This document shows positions 48,604 through 57,798 of a DNA stretch of 64,000 nucleotides, piece after piece. The position numbers were made by a program, and so were the translations under genes. The notes under the pieces are model-generated. The model made no database searches and was not told where the DNA came from. It saw only the letters and a list, made by a program, of their open reading frames with translations. Every line of letters begins with the position of its first letter. The first letter of the stretch is position 1. The stretch is from Candidatus Krumholzibacteriia bacterium. Its GTDB lineage: Bacteria; Krumholzibacteriota; Krumholzibacteriia; LZORAL124-64-63. The stretch lies in NCBI GenBank assembly GCA_016744705.1, contig JADGDU010000013.1:69709-133708 (forward strand), written 5' to 3'.

Positions 48604-50188
48604 CCATCTGGCGGGAACTCAACACACAGGAGGTGTACTTTTTGTCCACCTTCTGAATATGATTGAGGAGCCAATCCTGAAGGAAGGCCAGTGTCTGAGC
48701 GCTGGCCATGGGATTTCCACCATCAAACTCTTCAGCAATCTCTCCGAATTTTTTGAGCAAAGACTTGTGCACTTTGATGTGGCCTTCAAGGTCCGGGTAA
48801 CCGGCTTGCCTGATCAGGTTCTCTTCAAAGGCAAAGTGATCCACAGCGTACTCGCCCAAACGACCCAAAATACTTTTCATAGCGGAGTGAGATTGCCCCA
48901 GGGCCATTGCGGAACCAAGATCGTTGATGATGTCCACCAACTGTTTGTGCTGGGCGTCTATTTCCGGAACCTGAACACTGAAATCATCCGACCATTCAAT
49001 AAGGCTGGCACTGCCTGAACCGTCACCTTCATCAATCACCGTATGCTGGCCGATAAGACCTTTCAAGTTGGCCGATTGATTGGAAAGTTGGCGGGCTGAA
49101 GCGGCATTGGATTCTGCGGCCGCCGCATTGTTCATGGTCACTTCTTCGATTTTTGTCATACCGGTGGTGATTTCCTGTAGGCCCAATGCTTGGTCCTGGC
49201 TGGCCACGGTGATTTCATTCACCAGAGAAGAAGCCTGGCTGATGGTTTGCACGATCTCATTTAGAGCTTTGCCCGTGCTGTTAGCAATGTCATTGCCATG
49301 GTTCACCTTGTTGTGACTCTCTTGGATCATTTTGGAGGTTTCACCGGCGGCCTTGGAGCTGCGTGCCGCTAGAGACCGAACTTCTTCAGCCACCACGGCA
49401 AAGCCCTTCCCATGTTTGCCGGCTCGGGCTGCCTCTACCGCGGCGTTGAGGGCTAGCAGGTTGGTTTGGAAAGCAATTTCATCGATGGTTTTGATGATTT
49501 TGGAAATTTCCTGACTGGAGTCGTTGATGGCGGTCATTGCCACAATCATTTCCTGCATTTGGCTGTCACCATGTTCACCGGCGAGACGGGCCTCTTCGGT
49601 GAGCTTGTTGGCCGTGCTGGCATTTTCAGCGTTGCTGCGGGTTTGGTTTTCCAGCACTGTGAGGGAACTGGAAACTTCTTCAATGGCCGCTGCCTGGGTT
49701 GAGGCACCCTGGCTCAGGGCCTCACTTGATTTGGCAATGAGGTTGCTTCCCCGTTCCATGCGTCCCACCATAGACCCACTGTCGCGCATGGCATTGATCA
49801 GAGTTTGGGCTTCTTTTTCTTTGGTGTCGCGCTGAAGCCGGAGACCACTGGTCATTTGAACAAGGGCCTGCTGGACTTCACCATTTGCTGAATAGTTGGG
49901 AAAAAAGGAATCTGTAGGCAGTCCGCCGTTTTTGACTTCAGCAATGAACTCAACGGTGCTGCTGGAGTTACCGCTGGATACTCGAGGCAGGAACCAGGCA
50001 CCAAATCCCAGAGCTGCCATGGAAAAACCAAGCAGGAGTGCCGCTGTTGCCGAAGACAACTGAGAGCTAAGGCTCAAGATTCCCATCAGAAGAACCGGAA
50101 CCGCAATCAGGGCCAAAAATGCAAATATTTTCATTTGTTGTGTTTCAAAATGCCGTGACATGATCCATCCCATCAATAGCAAGCCCAA
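48596..50188 (-). CDS. methyl-accepting chemotaxis protein with C-terminal hemerythrin domain (DcrH-like)
   Basis: N-terminal TM helices. MCP signalling domain ([34 protein letters not shown]). The C-terminal ~130 aa carry hemerythrin ligand motifs (IDAQHKQLV ... [10 protein letters not shown] ... HIKVHKSLL ... [14 protein letters not shown]). Confidence 0.75.
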   Translation of the reverse strand: MGLLLMGWIMSRHFETQQMKIFAFLALIAVPVLLMGILSLSSQLSSATAALLLGFSMAALGFGAWFLPRVSSGNSSSTVEFIAEVKNGGLPTDSFFPNYSANGEVQQALVQMTSGLRLQRDTKEKEAQTLINAMRDSGSMVGRMERGSNLIAKSSEALSQGASTQAAAIEEVSSSLTVLENQTRSNAENASTANKLTEEARLAGEHGDSQMQEMIVAMTAINDSSQEISKIIKTIDEIAFQTNLLALNAAVEAARAGKHGKGFAVVAEEVRSLAARSSKAAGETSKMIQESHNKVNHGNDIANSTGKALNEIVQTISQASSLVNEITVASQDQALGLQEITTGMTKIEEVTMNNAAAAESNAASARQLSNQSANLKGLIGQHTVIDEGDGSGSASLIEWSDDFSVQVPEIDAQHKQLVDIINDLGSAMALGQSHSAMKSILGRLGEYAVDHFAFEENLIRQAGYPDLEGHIKVHKSLLKKFGEIAEEFDGGNPMASAQTLAFLQDWLLNHIQKVDKKYTSCVLSSRQMVT

Positions 50189-50270
50189 AGGCGTGGCTCG
50201 GTGAACAACTACTTCTGTAGTCTGTTTTCGGGGGATTCATGTTTTGCTTTAGGAATAAGAAGGGGATTGT

Positions 50271-51206
50271 TTATCTCAAAAAAAGCAAAGCACCGCCGGC
50301 TACAGCAACCAAAACACCCAAAAGACTCAGCACCGTAGGACGATCCCGGTACACAATCCAGGCAGGGGCTACTACAAAAATGGGCACCATGCCCAGCAGC
50401 ACCTGGGCAATGCCGGCTTCCGTGTTTTTGATGGCAATGAGGGAAATCCATACCGAGATGAACGGGCCCATGAGGATGGCGCCCACCAGCGCTGCACTCC
50501 CTCGCCGATCCTGTAACTTTTGGAAGAGCACAGGGATGTTCTGTTTGGGTAAAACCACAACCCAGTAACCGAGGGTGGCCCAACTCAAACGAACCAGGGT
50601 TGCACCCAGAGGGTCCACACCCAAGCTGCCTGATGTGCCTCCACTCATGCCAATTTTAGCAAAGACACTGCCCAGGCCTTGTCCTGCAGAAGCTAACAGA
50701 GCCAACAGCAAACCAGTTCGCAAAACCTTGGCTTCAATGGATCCGAATTCCCCACTGCCACTGTCACGTCCCAAAGATGCCAGCATGACGCCGGCAATGA
50801 CGGTGAAAATACCAACCAGGGCCCACATTCCCAGATGCTCTCCAAGGGCGCTCCAGGCGATGATCACCGTGAAAACCGGGGAGAGGGCCATCATGGTCAT
50901 GGATCGGCGAGGCCCGATGGTGACAAAGGCGCGGAAGAGAGCGGAATCGCCAATGGCCAGGCCAATAATGCCGCTCAATCCAATCCAAAGTTGGTCCACA
51001 GGGGAGAGGTTCTGGGGCCAGATGTGGCCAGTAAGAGCCAGGTGGGTCAAGGCCAGGCATAGGGTAGCCCCGGGTAATCGCAACAAGTTAACCAGGGTCA
51101 CGCCAAGGCGGCGTCCCGCGGTGGTGAACAAAACGCTGGTCCATGAAAAAATAAGGGCTGCCATGATGGCCATGGACTCACCGAAGTAAGGATATGGGGC
51201 TTGCAA
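50271..51206 (-). CDS. EamA/DMT-superfamily transporter (10 TM)
   Basis: Two internally repeated 5-TM halves and a Gly/Ala-rich hydrophobic composition typical of the drug/metabolite transporter (DMT) family. The start is uncertain (alternative Met 33 nt downstream). Confidence 0.55.
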   Translation of the reverse strand: MQAPYPYFGESMAIMAALIFSWTSVLFTTAGRRLGVTLVNLLRLPGATLCLALTHLALTGHIWPQNLSPVDQLWIGLSGIIGLAIGDSALFRAFVTIGPRRSMTMMALSPVFTVIIAWSALGEHLGMWALVGIFTVIAGVMLASLGRDSGSGEFGSIEAKVLRTGLLLALLASAGQGLGSVFAKIGMSGGTSGSLGVDPLGATLVRLSWATLGYWVVVLPKQNIPVLFQKLQDRRGSAALVGAILMGPFISVWISLIAIKNTEAGIAQVLLGMVPIFVVAPAWIVYRDRPTVLSLLGVLVAVAGGALLFLR

Positions 51207-51370
51207 CGTAGGGCCTTATCTGTCGGAGCCATGGAGAGAATAGATGAGACAGTAAGATAGCTTTCCTAGGGCCTCATGTAAAACGCACAGGGCTTGCAGG
51301 AATTCTACAGATCCTGTAGCTTATCAACCTCTATAGAATCCTCATAACTACAACAATAGGAATGTGAGTC

Positions 51371-52051
51371 ATGAAACCCGTGAAACATCTCTCGTTTTGG
51401 GCTTTGGGCCTGATTTTATTGACCGCCTTTGGTTCATCTGACGCTTTGGCTCAACGCGGGGGCGGCTTGGCTGGTCCCATTGAATTCAGTGCCACTTACG
51501 GCTCCATGTGGGGCGGAAACGTAGGCAGCCGGTATGGAAAAATTCGCACTGCAACGGGCCCAAGCCTCGGACTTGCTTTGGACATTCCTGTGCATCCGTC
51601 CATGGCCGTGGAATTGAGCTACACCCGTCAGGATGGCGCCCTGGATTATGATTCTCGAGGCAGCATCACCAAGTTAACCGACATGTCGGTGAACTATTGG
51701 CAAATTGGTGCAGTGCGCGGTTTGACCAAAGGCAAAATCAGACCCTTTGTGACGACCAGTTTGGGTTTGACTTATTACAGCCCCAGTGATAACTCGGTGG
51801 TTATCGAAGACGAGACTTTCGATGTTTCCTCCAGTACAAAGTTCTCCTTTGTCATTGGTGCCGGTTTTAAAGCCTACTTCGGAAAGGCTGAAAAAATTGG
51901 TATCCGGGCAACCATGAAGGTATTGCCTACCCTTTATAATACTGGTGGCGGAGTCTGGTTTGGTTCTGGCGGTGCCAGCGTGGGTGTCACCGGGGATGCC
52001 ATTTGGCAATGGGAAGCAGCCGCGGGTCTGACAGTGAAATTCGGAAGTTGA
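51371..52051 (+). CDS. small outer-membrane beta-barrel protein (OmpA-like/OMP_b-brl type)
   Basis: Signal peptide MKPVKHLSFWALGLILLTAFGSSDALA. Alternating hydrophobic beta-strand pattern with aromatic girdles. 226 aa. Confidence 0.55.
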   Translation: MKPVKHLSFWALGLILLTAFGSSDALAQRGGGLAGPIEFSATYGSMWGGNVGSRYGKIRTATGPSLGLALDIPVHPSMAVELSYTRQDGALDYDSRGSITKLTDMSVNYWQIGAVRGLTKGKIRPFVTTSLGLTYYSPSDNSVVIEDETFDVSSSTKFSFVIGAGFKAYFGKAEKIGIRATMKVLPTLYNTGGGVWFGSGGASVGVTGDAIWQWEAAAGLTVKFGS

Positions 52052-52055
52052 GATT

Positions 52056-54278
52056 ATGAAATACTTGCAGGTGCCCCTTCTGATTCTCTTTCTCCTGCTG
52101 GTTAGTCCAGTTGGGGCTTCTGATCCTGTTGAAACTCCCACTTGGCCAAAGACCCTTAGTGGAGTTAAGGGTGAAGTCATCATGTACCAACCGCAAATTG
52201 AGTCATTTGTGGGCGACAAATTAGAATCTCGATCTGCGGTGGCTGTAAAGCTAAAGGGGCAGGACAACTTGGTTTTCGGGGCCATGTGGTTTGAATCCCA
52301 TTTGGCCACCGACATGGAGGCGCGCACGGCCACTCTTGTACGCACCAAAGTGACAGCAGCTAATTTTCCCGATACGAAACAAGAAGATATTGATAGATTG
52401 AGCGCCTATCTGGAGAAAGAGATTCCCACTTGGGATTTTCACATTTCCATAGACCGACTCCTGGCTTCCTTGCCGGAGGTTGAAGGAAACGAGGAAGCTT
52501 ACAAAGCAGATTCTCCGGTGGTGTATTTTCGCCAGGTTCCTTCGGTTCTGGTGCTTATAGATGGCGACCCCATCTTCACTGCTCTGGAGGGATTTGATCT
52601 GGAGTATATTGCGAACTCGGCCTTTTTCATCACCAAAGACAAAAACAAAAACCTCTACCTTCGGGGCAGTGGTATGTGGTTTGTCAGCGACGACCTGGGT
52701 GGCCCCTGGAAGTTGACCTCAGATTTGCCCGATGAAGTGGCCAAAGTATCCCAGAGGATCACTGAAGAGGAAGCGGCCCAGGCGGCTGAGCAAAAGGACG
52801 ATGCGGCCAACCTCGGGCTTGTGGCGGCAGAGGATGAAGCTCCTCCCGAGATCATCATCAGCACGGTTCCTGCAGAGTTGATCACCACCGATGGCGAACC
52901 GGACTTTGCCTCGGTTGAGGGCACGCAATTGCTCTACCTCAAGAATACCGAAAATGACGTGCTGATGGACATTGGCAGCCAGAAGTATTTTCTATTGGTT
53001 TCAGGTCGCTGGTACCAATCCAAAGATCTGGCAGCCGAGAAGTGGACTCACGTGTCCTTCGATCAGTTGCCAGCTGATTTTGCCAAAATCCCGGTAGGGT
53101 CCGACATGGCTACCGTTTTGGCCAGTGTGCCTGGCAGCCTGGAATCCAAGGAAGCTCTGCTGGAAACGCAAATTCCCCAAACAGCAGAAGTGGACCGAAA
53201 AACCGCCAGTTGTAAAGTTCAGTTTGACGGAGATCCACAGTTTAAGGCCTGTGGTGAAGGTGTTTCTTACGCGGAGAATTCAGACAAACCTGTGCTGTTG
53301 ATCGAAAACAGATATTTCTGTGTCGATTCCGCTGTATGGTTCGAATCTGCGGGGCCGGCAGGCCCATGGGTGGTGGCCACCGCGGTGCCCGCAGTGGTTC
53401 AGGACCTACCTCCTGATTGCCCCGTTTACAACGTCAAATACGTCTACATTTACGATTCGACTCCAGAGATTGTATACACTGGTTACACCACAGGTTATTA
53501 CGGGTCTTATGTGTGGGGACCGTGCGTGGTTTATGGTACCGGTTATTACTACAATCCTTGGTACCATCACTACTATTACCCACGTCCGGTGACTTATGGT
53601 TTTGGAGTTCATTACAGCCCATATTCTGGTTGGGGGTATTCTTTTGGCGTGAGTTACGGGTGGCTGAGCATCGGTGTGGGGTGGGGACGCCCACCTTACG
53701 GGTGTTGGGGTGCCGGCGGATACCGATATGGATACCGTCGTGGATATTGGCACGGATATAACCGGGGATATCGACATGGATATAACCGTGGTGCCGCCGC
53801 GGGGTATCGCGCCGGTTATCGCGCTGGCCAACGTCACGATAACAGTTACCGAAAGCGTAGTGATGGCGTACGGCATACGGGGGACGTGCGCCAACGTAAT
53901 GGCAAACGACCAACTACTTCGAACCGTAAGAATAATATCTATACCGATAAACAAGGTGAGGTGTTTCGGGACAAGGGTGGCAGTTGGGAAAAACGTGAAG
54001 GCGGAAATTGGACCGGAGATAGGGATAAACCTAGCAGAGATCGCCAGGCCAAACCGGAGCAAAGAGATAGACAGGTCCAGCCTGAGAAACGTGACCGCCA
54101 AGCCCAGCCCGCGCAACGTGACCGCCAGGGCAACCAGAAGTTAGACCAAAATCGTGGCGGAAATGGCAGCCAGCTGGACCGGGATCGTAGCAACCGAAAT
54201 CGAGGAAACCAAAGGCAACGGCAGACACCGTCTCGCTCCGGTGGACAAAGAAGTGGCGGCGGAGCCCGGCGAAGGTGA
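52056..54278 (+). CDS. secreted protein with C-terminal Tyr/Gly/Arg-rich low-complexity tail
   Basis: Signal peptide MKYLQVPLLILFLLLVSPVGASDP. The ~480-aa N-terminal region has no motif I recognise. The ~250-aa tail starts YTGYTTGYYGSYVWG...YYYNPWYHHYYYP...GYRYGYRRGYWHGYNRGYRHGYNRG. The tail continues with RDRQ(A/V)(K/Q)PE(Q/K) repeats and ends ...GGARRR. Confidence 0.6.
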   Translation: MKYLQVPLLILFLLLVSPVGASDPVETPTWPKTLSGVKGEVIMYQPQIESFVGDKLESRSAVAVKLKGQDNLVFGAMWFESHLATDMEARTATLVRTKVTAANFPDTKQEDIDRLSAYLEKEIPTWDFHISIDRLLASLPEVEGNEEAYKADSPVVYFRQVPSVLVLIDGDPIFTALEGFDLEYIANSAFFITKDKNKNLYLRGSGMWFVSDDLGGPWKLTSDLPDEVAKVSQRITEEEAAQAAEQKDDAANLGLVAAEDEAPPEIIISTVPAELITTDGEPDFASVEGTQLLYLKNTENDVLMDIGSQKYFLLVSGRWYQSKDLAAEKWTHVSFDQLPADFAKIPVGSDMATVLASVPGSLESKEALLETQIPQTAEVDRKTASCKVQFDGDPQFKACGEGVSYAENSDKPVLLIENRYFCVDSAVWFESAGPAGPWVVATAVPAVVQDLPPDCPVYNVKYVYIYDSTPEIVYTGYTTGYYGSYVWGPCVVYGTGYYYNPWYHHYYYPRPVTYGFGVHYSPYSGWGYSFGVSYGWLSIGVGWGRPPYGCWGAGGYRYGYRRGYWHGYNRGYRHGYNRGAAAGYRAGYRAGQRHDNSYRKRSDGVRHTGDVRQRNGKRPTTSNRKNNIYTDKQGEVFRDKGGSWEKREGGNWTGDRDKPSRDRQAKPEQRDRQVQPEKRDRQAQPAQRDRQGNQKLDQNRGGNGSQLDRDRSNRNRGNQRQRQTPSRSGGQRSGGGARRR

Positions 54279-54310
54279 TTTGAAATTAATCTCAAAAGAG
54301 GAGAAAAAAG

Positions 54311-54976
54311 ATGATCCGAAAAATATTACTTCTGACTGTTGTGGTTCTCAGTCTTGCAACCTTGGTCCAAGCCCAACCTGATCCAAATTTCAGATTTCAA
54401 AGGGCAGGCAAATGGGATTACAGCCTGCAGACCCGTTATGTGGGGGCGAAGGATTACAAGGGGGAAAATGGTTCTTCTCTTTCGCTTCAGGATGACTTGG
54501 GTTTTGGATTTGGTTTCAATTACAACTTCAACCAGAAATTCAGTTTGGGTCTTGAATTCAGTTGGCATTCTATAAATTACAATGCTTTGGCTATTCCGGA
54601 AGATCCGGCTATGGACAATCTGACTTATAGCAATTCTCTTGATACTTCGAAGTTTGGCTTGGCCGGCAACTGGAATATTCTGGAAGGGCATTTCACGCCC
54701 TATGTGAATGGGGGCATTGGCTGGTCCTTGATTGATACTAATATTTTTGCTGGTTATGGTGAAGGATGTTATTGGGATCCTTATTGGGGGTATATTTGTG
54801 GGACTTACCCTTCAACTTATGGGACTAATGCTACGGCTTATAATGTTGGCTTGGGGGGACGGTTGGAAGTGGGGAAGTCTATGTTTTTGCGATTGGGGTA
54901 TGAGTATAGTGGGGTTAGTGTTGATGTGATTGAGGCTCAGCATATGGTCCGCTTCGATATGGGATTCTTCAACTAG
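54311..54976 (+). CDS. small outer-membrane beta-barrel protein (OMP_b-brl type), paralogous in architecture to 51371-52051
   Basis: Signal peptide MIRKILLLTVVVLSLATLVQA and a C-terminal ...RFDMGFFN ending with aromatic residues. AGAGGAG ribosome-binding site. Confidence 0.55.
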   Translation: MIRKILLLTVVVLSLATLVQAQPDPNFRFQRAGKWDYSLQTRYVGAKDYKGENGSSLSLQDDLGFGFGFNYNFNQKFSLGLEFSWHSINYNALAIPEDPAMDNLTYSNSLDTSKFGLAGNWNILEGHFTPYVNGGIGWSLIDTNIFAGYGEGCYWDPYWGYICGTYPSTYGTNATAYNVGLGGRLEVGKSMFLRLGYEYSGVSVDVIEAQHMVRFDMGFFN

Positions 54977-55007
54977 GTTGTGCCATCGAAATTGTGTCTA
55001 TCCCCAG

Positions 55008-55047
55008 CCCGCTTTGCCTGGCACTTGGCGAAGCGGGTTCTTTTATT
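55008..55047 (+). terminator. intrinsic terminator (cccgctt-N16-aagcggg-ttcttttatt) nested within a longer inverted repeat (ggttgtgcc ... ggcacaacc)
   Basis: 7-bp stem plus U-tract 30 nt after the stop. The outer 9-bp inverted repeat spans about 54976-55068 between the convergent genes. Confidence 0.5.
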
Positions 55048-55069
55048 CAGGAAGCCACTGGGGCACAAC

Positions 55070-56434
55070 CTACCGGACCCGTTTTTTTCGTTCATCGAAG
55101 ATTGCTCTCACCCCAAAATTGAACTCAAAGTCACCAAATTGATTTCGGCCCACATCCAAGCGGAGGCTTTCCATTCCTGGAACCAGCAGCCGAAGGCCAA
55201 CACCGTAACCGGCCCTTGAACGGGCCATGTTGAAGTCATTCGAACGGCTCCAAGCCAGACCTGCATCGCCAAAGGCAGCCATTTCCAAACCCAGACTGAA
55301 TGTCCATTTGAAAACCTTTATGGGAGTGGGCTGGACGAGAAGGTAACGGTATTCCAAGGTGTAGAGAAGTTGGTTTTTGCCGTAGATTTCCTTGCCCAGT
55401 TCTTCGAGTTTGTAACCTCGGATGCTGTTGGCACCACCGACGAAGAATTGCATATACGATGGAACATCCTGATTTACCGTGCCGGATTGAAGGGCCAGAA
55501 ACGGTCCCGTGGCAATGGTGTGGCGGTCCCCTATGGGTTCGTACCGCCGGACGTCGGCACTCAGGGTCCAGGAATTAGCGTCTCCTCCGATGTAGAGCAG
55601 TTCTAATTCGTTGTGCCACCCTTCATGGGGGTTGCGCCAGGAATCTCGGCCGTCGTAGCCAACTGAAATGCCGGCAAACAACAAATTGTCAGCGTTGTCA
55701 GCGCTCAGGGTGCGGTCGGGTTGGTCACTTTTCACTCTATAATATCCAACACTGCTATTGAGACGGCCGTTTTGGCCGATGTACTTTCCTGCATTGAAAG
55801 CCAGGAAATTAGTATGTTGCTGAAACTCCAGCAATTCGTTGCGACGGGACTGATCCCAAAATGATATTCCACCTGAAACATGATTGCCGGTGATCCAGGG
55901 GTTTGACGCGGAAAGCCTGTACTGGGTGGCGCCGCCGTATACTGCGGAACCGGACAAGGAAATCCGCCGACCAGCAAAGTTAGGTGAGGCAACGCCGACG
56001 CCCAGGGAGAAGCCGTTTTCCTCATTGTAGTTTATGGCAGGGTAGGGGATGATCCAGGGCATTTCGGTGAAATGGTAATTCAGGGCCACGCCGCCAGCTT
56101 GGGGTGTTGGTGTCACCAGTACACTGCCGAATATCGCGAGGTTTTCCAGGCGGGTAATATCTTGAGCGATCAGATCCGGGTCCAGTTTCTGGCCCTCGGT
56201 TGTCCAGATTTCGCGGGCAATGACCCAATCCTTCGTGACTTGATTGCCGGCAACCTGAATGTTGGCGATGATTTGTCCACGATAGATTTCGAGGTCTGGT
56301 TGGGTTTCTTCATCGGCCCAACAATGACTGATACCACTGAGGCTTCCAGCCACATAGAAAAGGAGAAAGACTGCCAAAAACAACCATCGCATGGTGCACC
56401 TATCTACAATTCGACCGAATATCCCAAATTCCAC
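55070..56434 (-). CDS. Omp85-family outer-membrane protein (one POTRA-like domain plus surface-antigen beta-barrel)
   Basis: N-terminal POTRA-like segment (IYRGQIIANIQVAGNQVTKDWVIAREIWTTEGQKLDPDLIAQDITRLENLAIFGSV) and a C-terminal barrel with aromatic-rich strands (...FGDFEFNFGVRAIF). It overlaps the upstream gene by 31 nt. Confidence 0.55.
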   Translation of the reverse strand: MEFGIFGRIVDRCTMRWLFLAVFLLFYVAGSLSGISHCWADEETQPDLEIYRGQIIANIQVAGNQVTKDWVIAREIWTTEGQKLDPDLIAQDITRLENLAIFGSVLVTPTPQAGGVALNYHFTEMPWIIPYPAINYNEENGFSLGVGVASPNFAGRRISLSGSAVYGGATQYRLSASNPWITGNHVSGGISFWDQSRRNELLEFQQHTNFLAFNAGKYIGQNGRLNSSVGYYRVKSDQPDRTLSADNADNLLFAGISVGYDGRDSWRNPHEGWHNELELLYIGGDANSWTLSADVRRYEPIGDRHTIATGPFLALQSGTVNQDVPSYMQFFVGGANSIRGYKLEELGKEIYGKNQLLYTLEYRYLLVQPTPIKVFKWTFSLGLEMAAFGDAGLAWSRSNDFNMARSRAGYGVGLRLLVPGMESLRLDVGRNQFGDFEFNFGVRAIFDERKKRVR

Positions 56435-57678
56435 TCCAGGTTGTCGGCGCTGCCCAATTCATGGAAGCGGACATTTAAGCCGGCGAACCAGTCCTTGTAA
56501 ACGAATTGTTTGACGCCCAAACGCTGGTAAAAGACCGGTAAGCGACCGGGTTCATCTTTATACAGCAATTTGTAGCCCAGATGCAAAATCAGGTGGGTCC
56601 GGTTGGCGATGACCTCGTAGCCACCAAATACGGCCAATTCGTAATTGTCACTGGTTTTGCCCTGTTCATTGCGGCCTTCGTTGTAAGCGTTGAGTTCTAC
56701 GAGGTCGCTTACGGATTCGTCATAGCCTAAATCCAAACCTACCACGACACGGGATTTGTGGGTGAAGCGATGGCCTAGCCCGACAGTCAGGTTGCCAACC
56801 ATATAATTACGGTTAAGGTAATCTGCCCGCTGTTCTGCGTCTTCTATGGTAAGGTTGAGGTTACGCTTCCCCATGGAACCGCAAACAGTGAGATCCCAAC
56901 TGGGGTCATAGTCTCCTATGTTACGCCGGGTTGGGGTCTGAACAGGGGGGGCGAGGTCATATTTGACGTACATCATGGGACCAGCTGTATTGATGCCGTT
57001 GTTGGGGCGTTGGGTGCCACCGTTTGAGAAGTGAGTGAAGGTTAATGCACCGATCAGAGACCATTGCTTGGCCAGGCGGTACTGCACGTTGGGCCCACCT
57101 TCGATATGCACCGAGCGACCCAGCCCCATGGCGATGTTCTGGGGATTGTTCACCGGGTCGTAGGCTTCCCAATTGTGGGTGAATCCGAAGGCGATATCGA
57201 AATTGAATGTCCAGTTGCTGGAACGGTGCAATGGCCAGACGTAGAAGCCGTAGAGTGAGGTTGGAGTGCCCAGCTCCTCATCATTGAAAAAATCTGCGCC
57301 ATAAATACCCACACCATAAGAAGGAAAATTGTAGGCGTGGTGCCAGTCTTGGGAACCGTCGGTCTGCCAACCGAAGTCCAAACGGAGAGAGTGGAAACGG
57401 TCAATAGGCTGGCCCGCCTGGTTGTCTCCTGTGAGGAAATCGTTTGTTCCCAGCACCACACCAGCCTGATAGGCGGAACGAAGGTAGTGGGAGGGGCCGG
57501 GATGAGTTTCGGCGGGGTCATTGGCCAAGGATGAGGCAGCTGGCAGGAAGAAGAGTAGAGAGAATAGTATCGGGATCCAACGTATTGGGTTCCAAGACAG
57601 AATTATGGGGAAACACATGAAACACCTCTTGTTACCTAGGGCTGCCGGGATTTCTGTTATGGCCAATACCTGGATCAA
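56404..57678 (-). CDS. hypothetical exported (probably outer-membrane) protein co-transcribed with the Omp85 gene
   Basis: Hydrophobic leader (IPILFSLLFFLPAASSLA). Asp/Gly/Tyr-rich composition with an alternating beta pattern. No assignable motif. Confidence 0.45.
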   Translation of the reverse strand: MIQVLAITEIPAALGNKRCFMCFPIILSWNPIRWIPILFSLLFFLPAASSLANDPAETHPGPSHYLRSAYQAGVVLGTNDFLTGDNQAGQPIDRFHSLRLDFGWQTDGSQDWHHAYNFPSYGVGIYGADFFNDEELGTPTSLYGFYVWPLHRSSNWTFNFDIAFGFTHNWEAYDPVNNPQNIAMGLGRSVHIEGGPNVQYRLAKQWSLIGALTFTHFSNGGTQRPNNGINTAGPMMYVKYDLAPPVQTPTRRNIGDYDPSWDLTVCGSMGKRNLNLTIEDAEQRADYLNRNYMVGNLTVGLGHRFTHKSRVVVGLDLGYDESVSDLVELNAYNEGRNEQGKTSDNYELAVFGGYEVIANRTHLILHLGYKLLYKDEPGRLPVFYQRLGVKQFVYKDWFAGLNVRFHELGSADNLEWNLGYSVEL

Positions 57679-57798
57679 ATTATCGTGATTGAAATTCGAT
57701 CATAGTGGAAAATTTGGGGAATGTAGAGCTGTTAATTATTTGGACCCACTTATTTGATTTCGAACTTATGATCTACTTTGGAGGAGTTGGTGTGTGGA

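Noticed and set aside
53406-54116. 236-aa minus-strand ORF and several ~150-aa ORFs over the Tyr/Gly/Arg-rich tail region
   Set aside because: Repetitive, compositionally biased DNA yields open frames on all strands. The plus-strand frame is continuous with a signal-peptide-bearing N-terminal domain.
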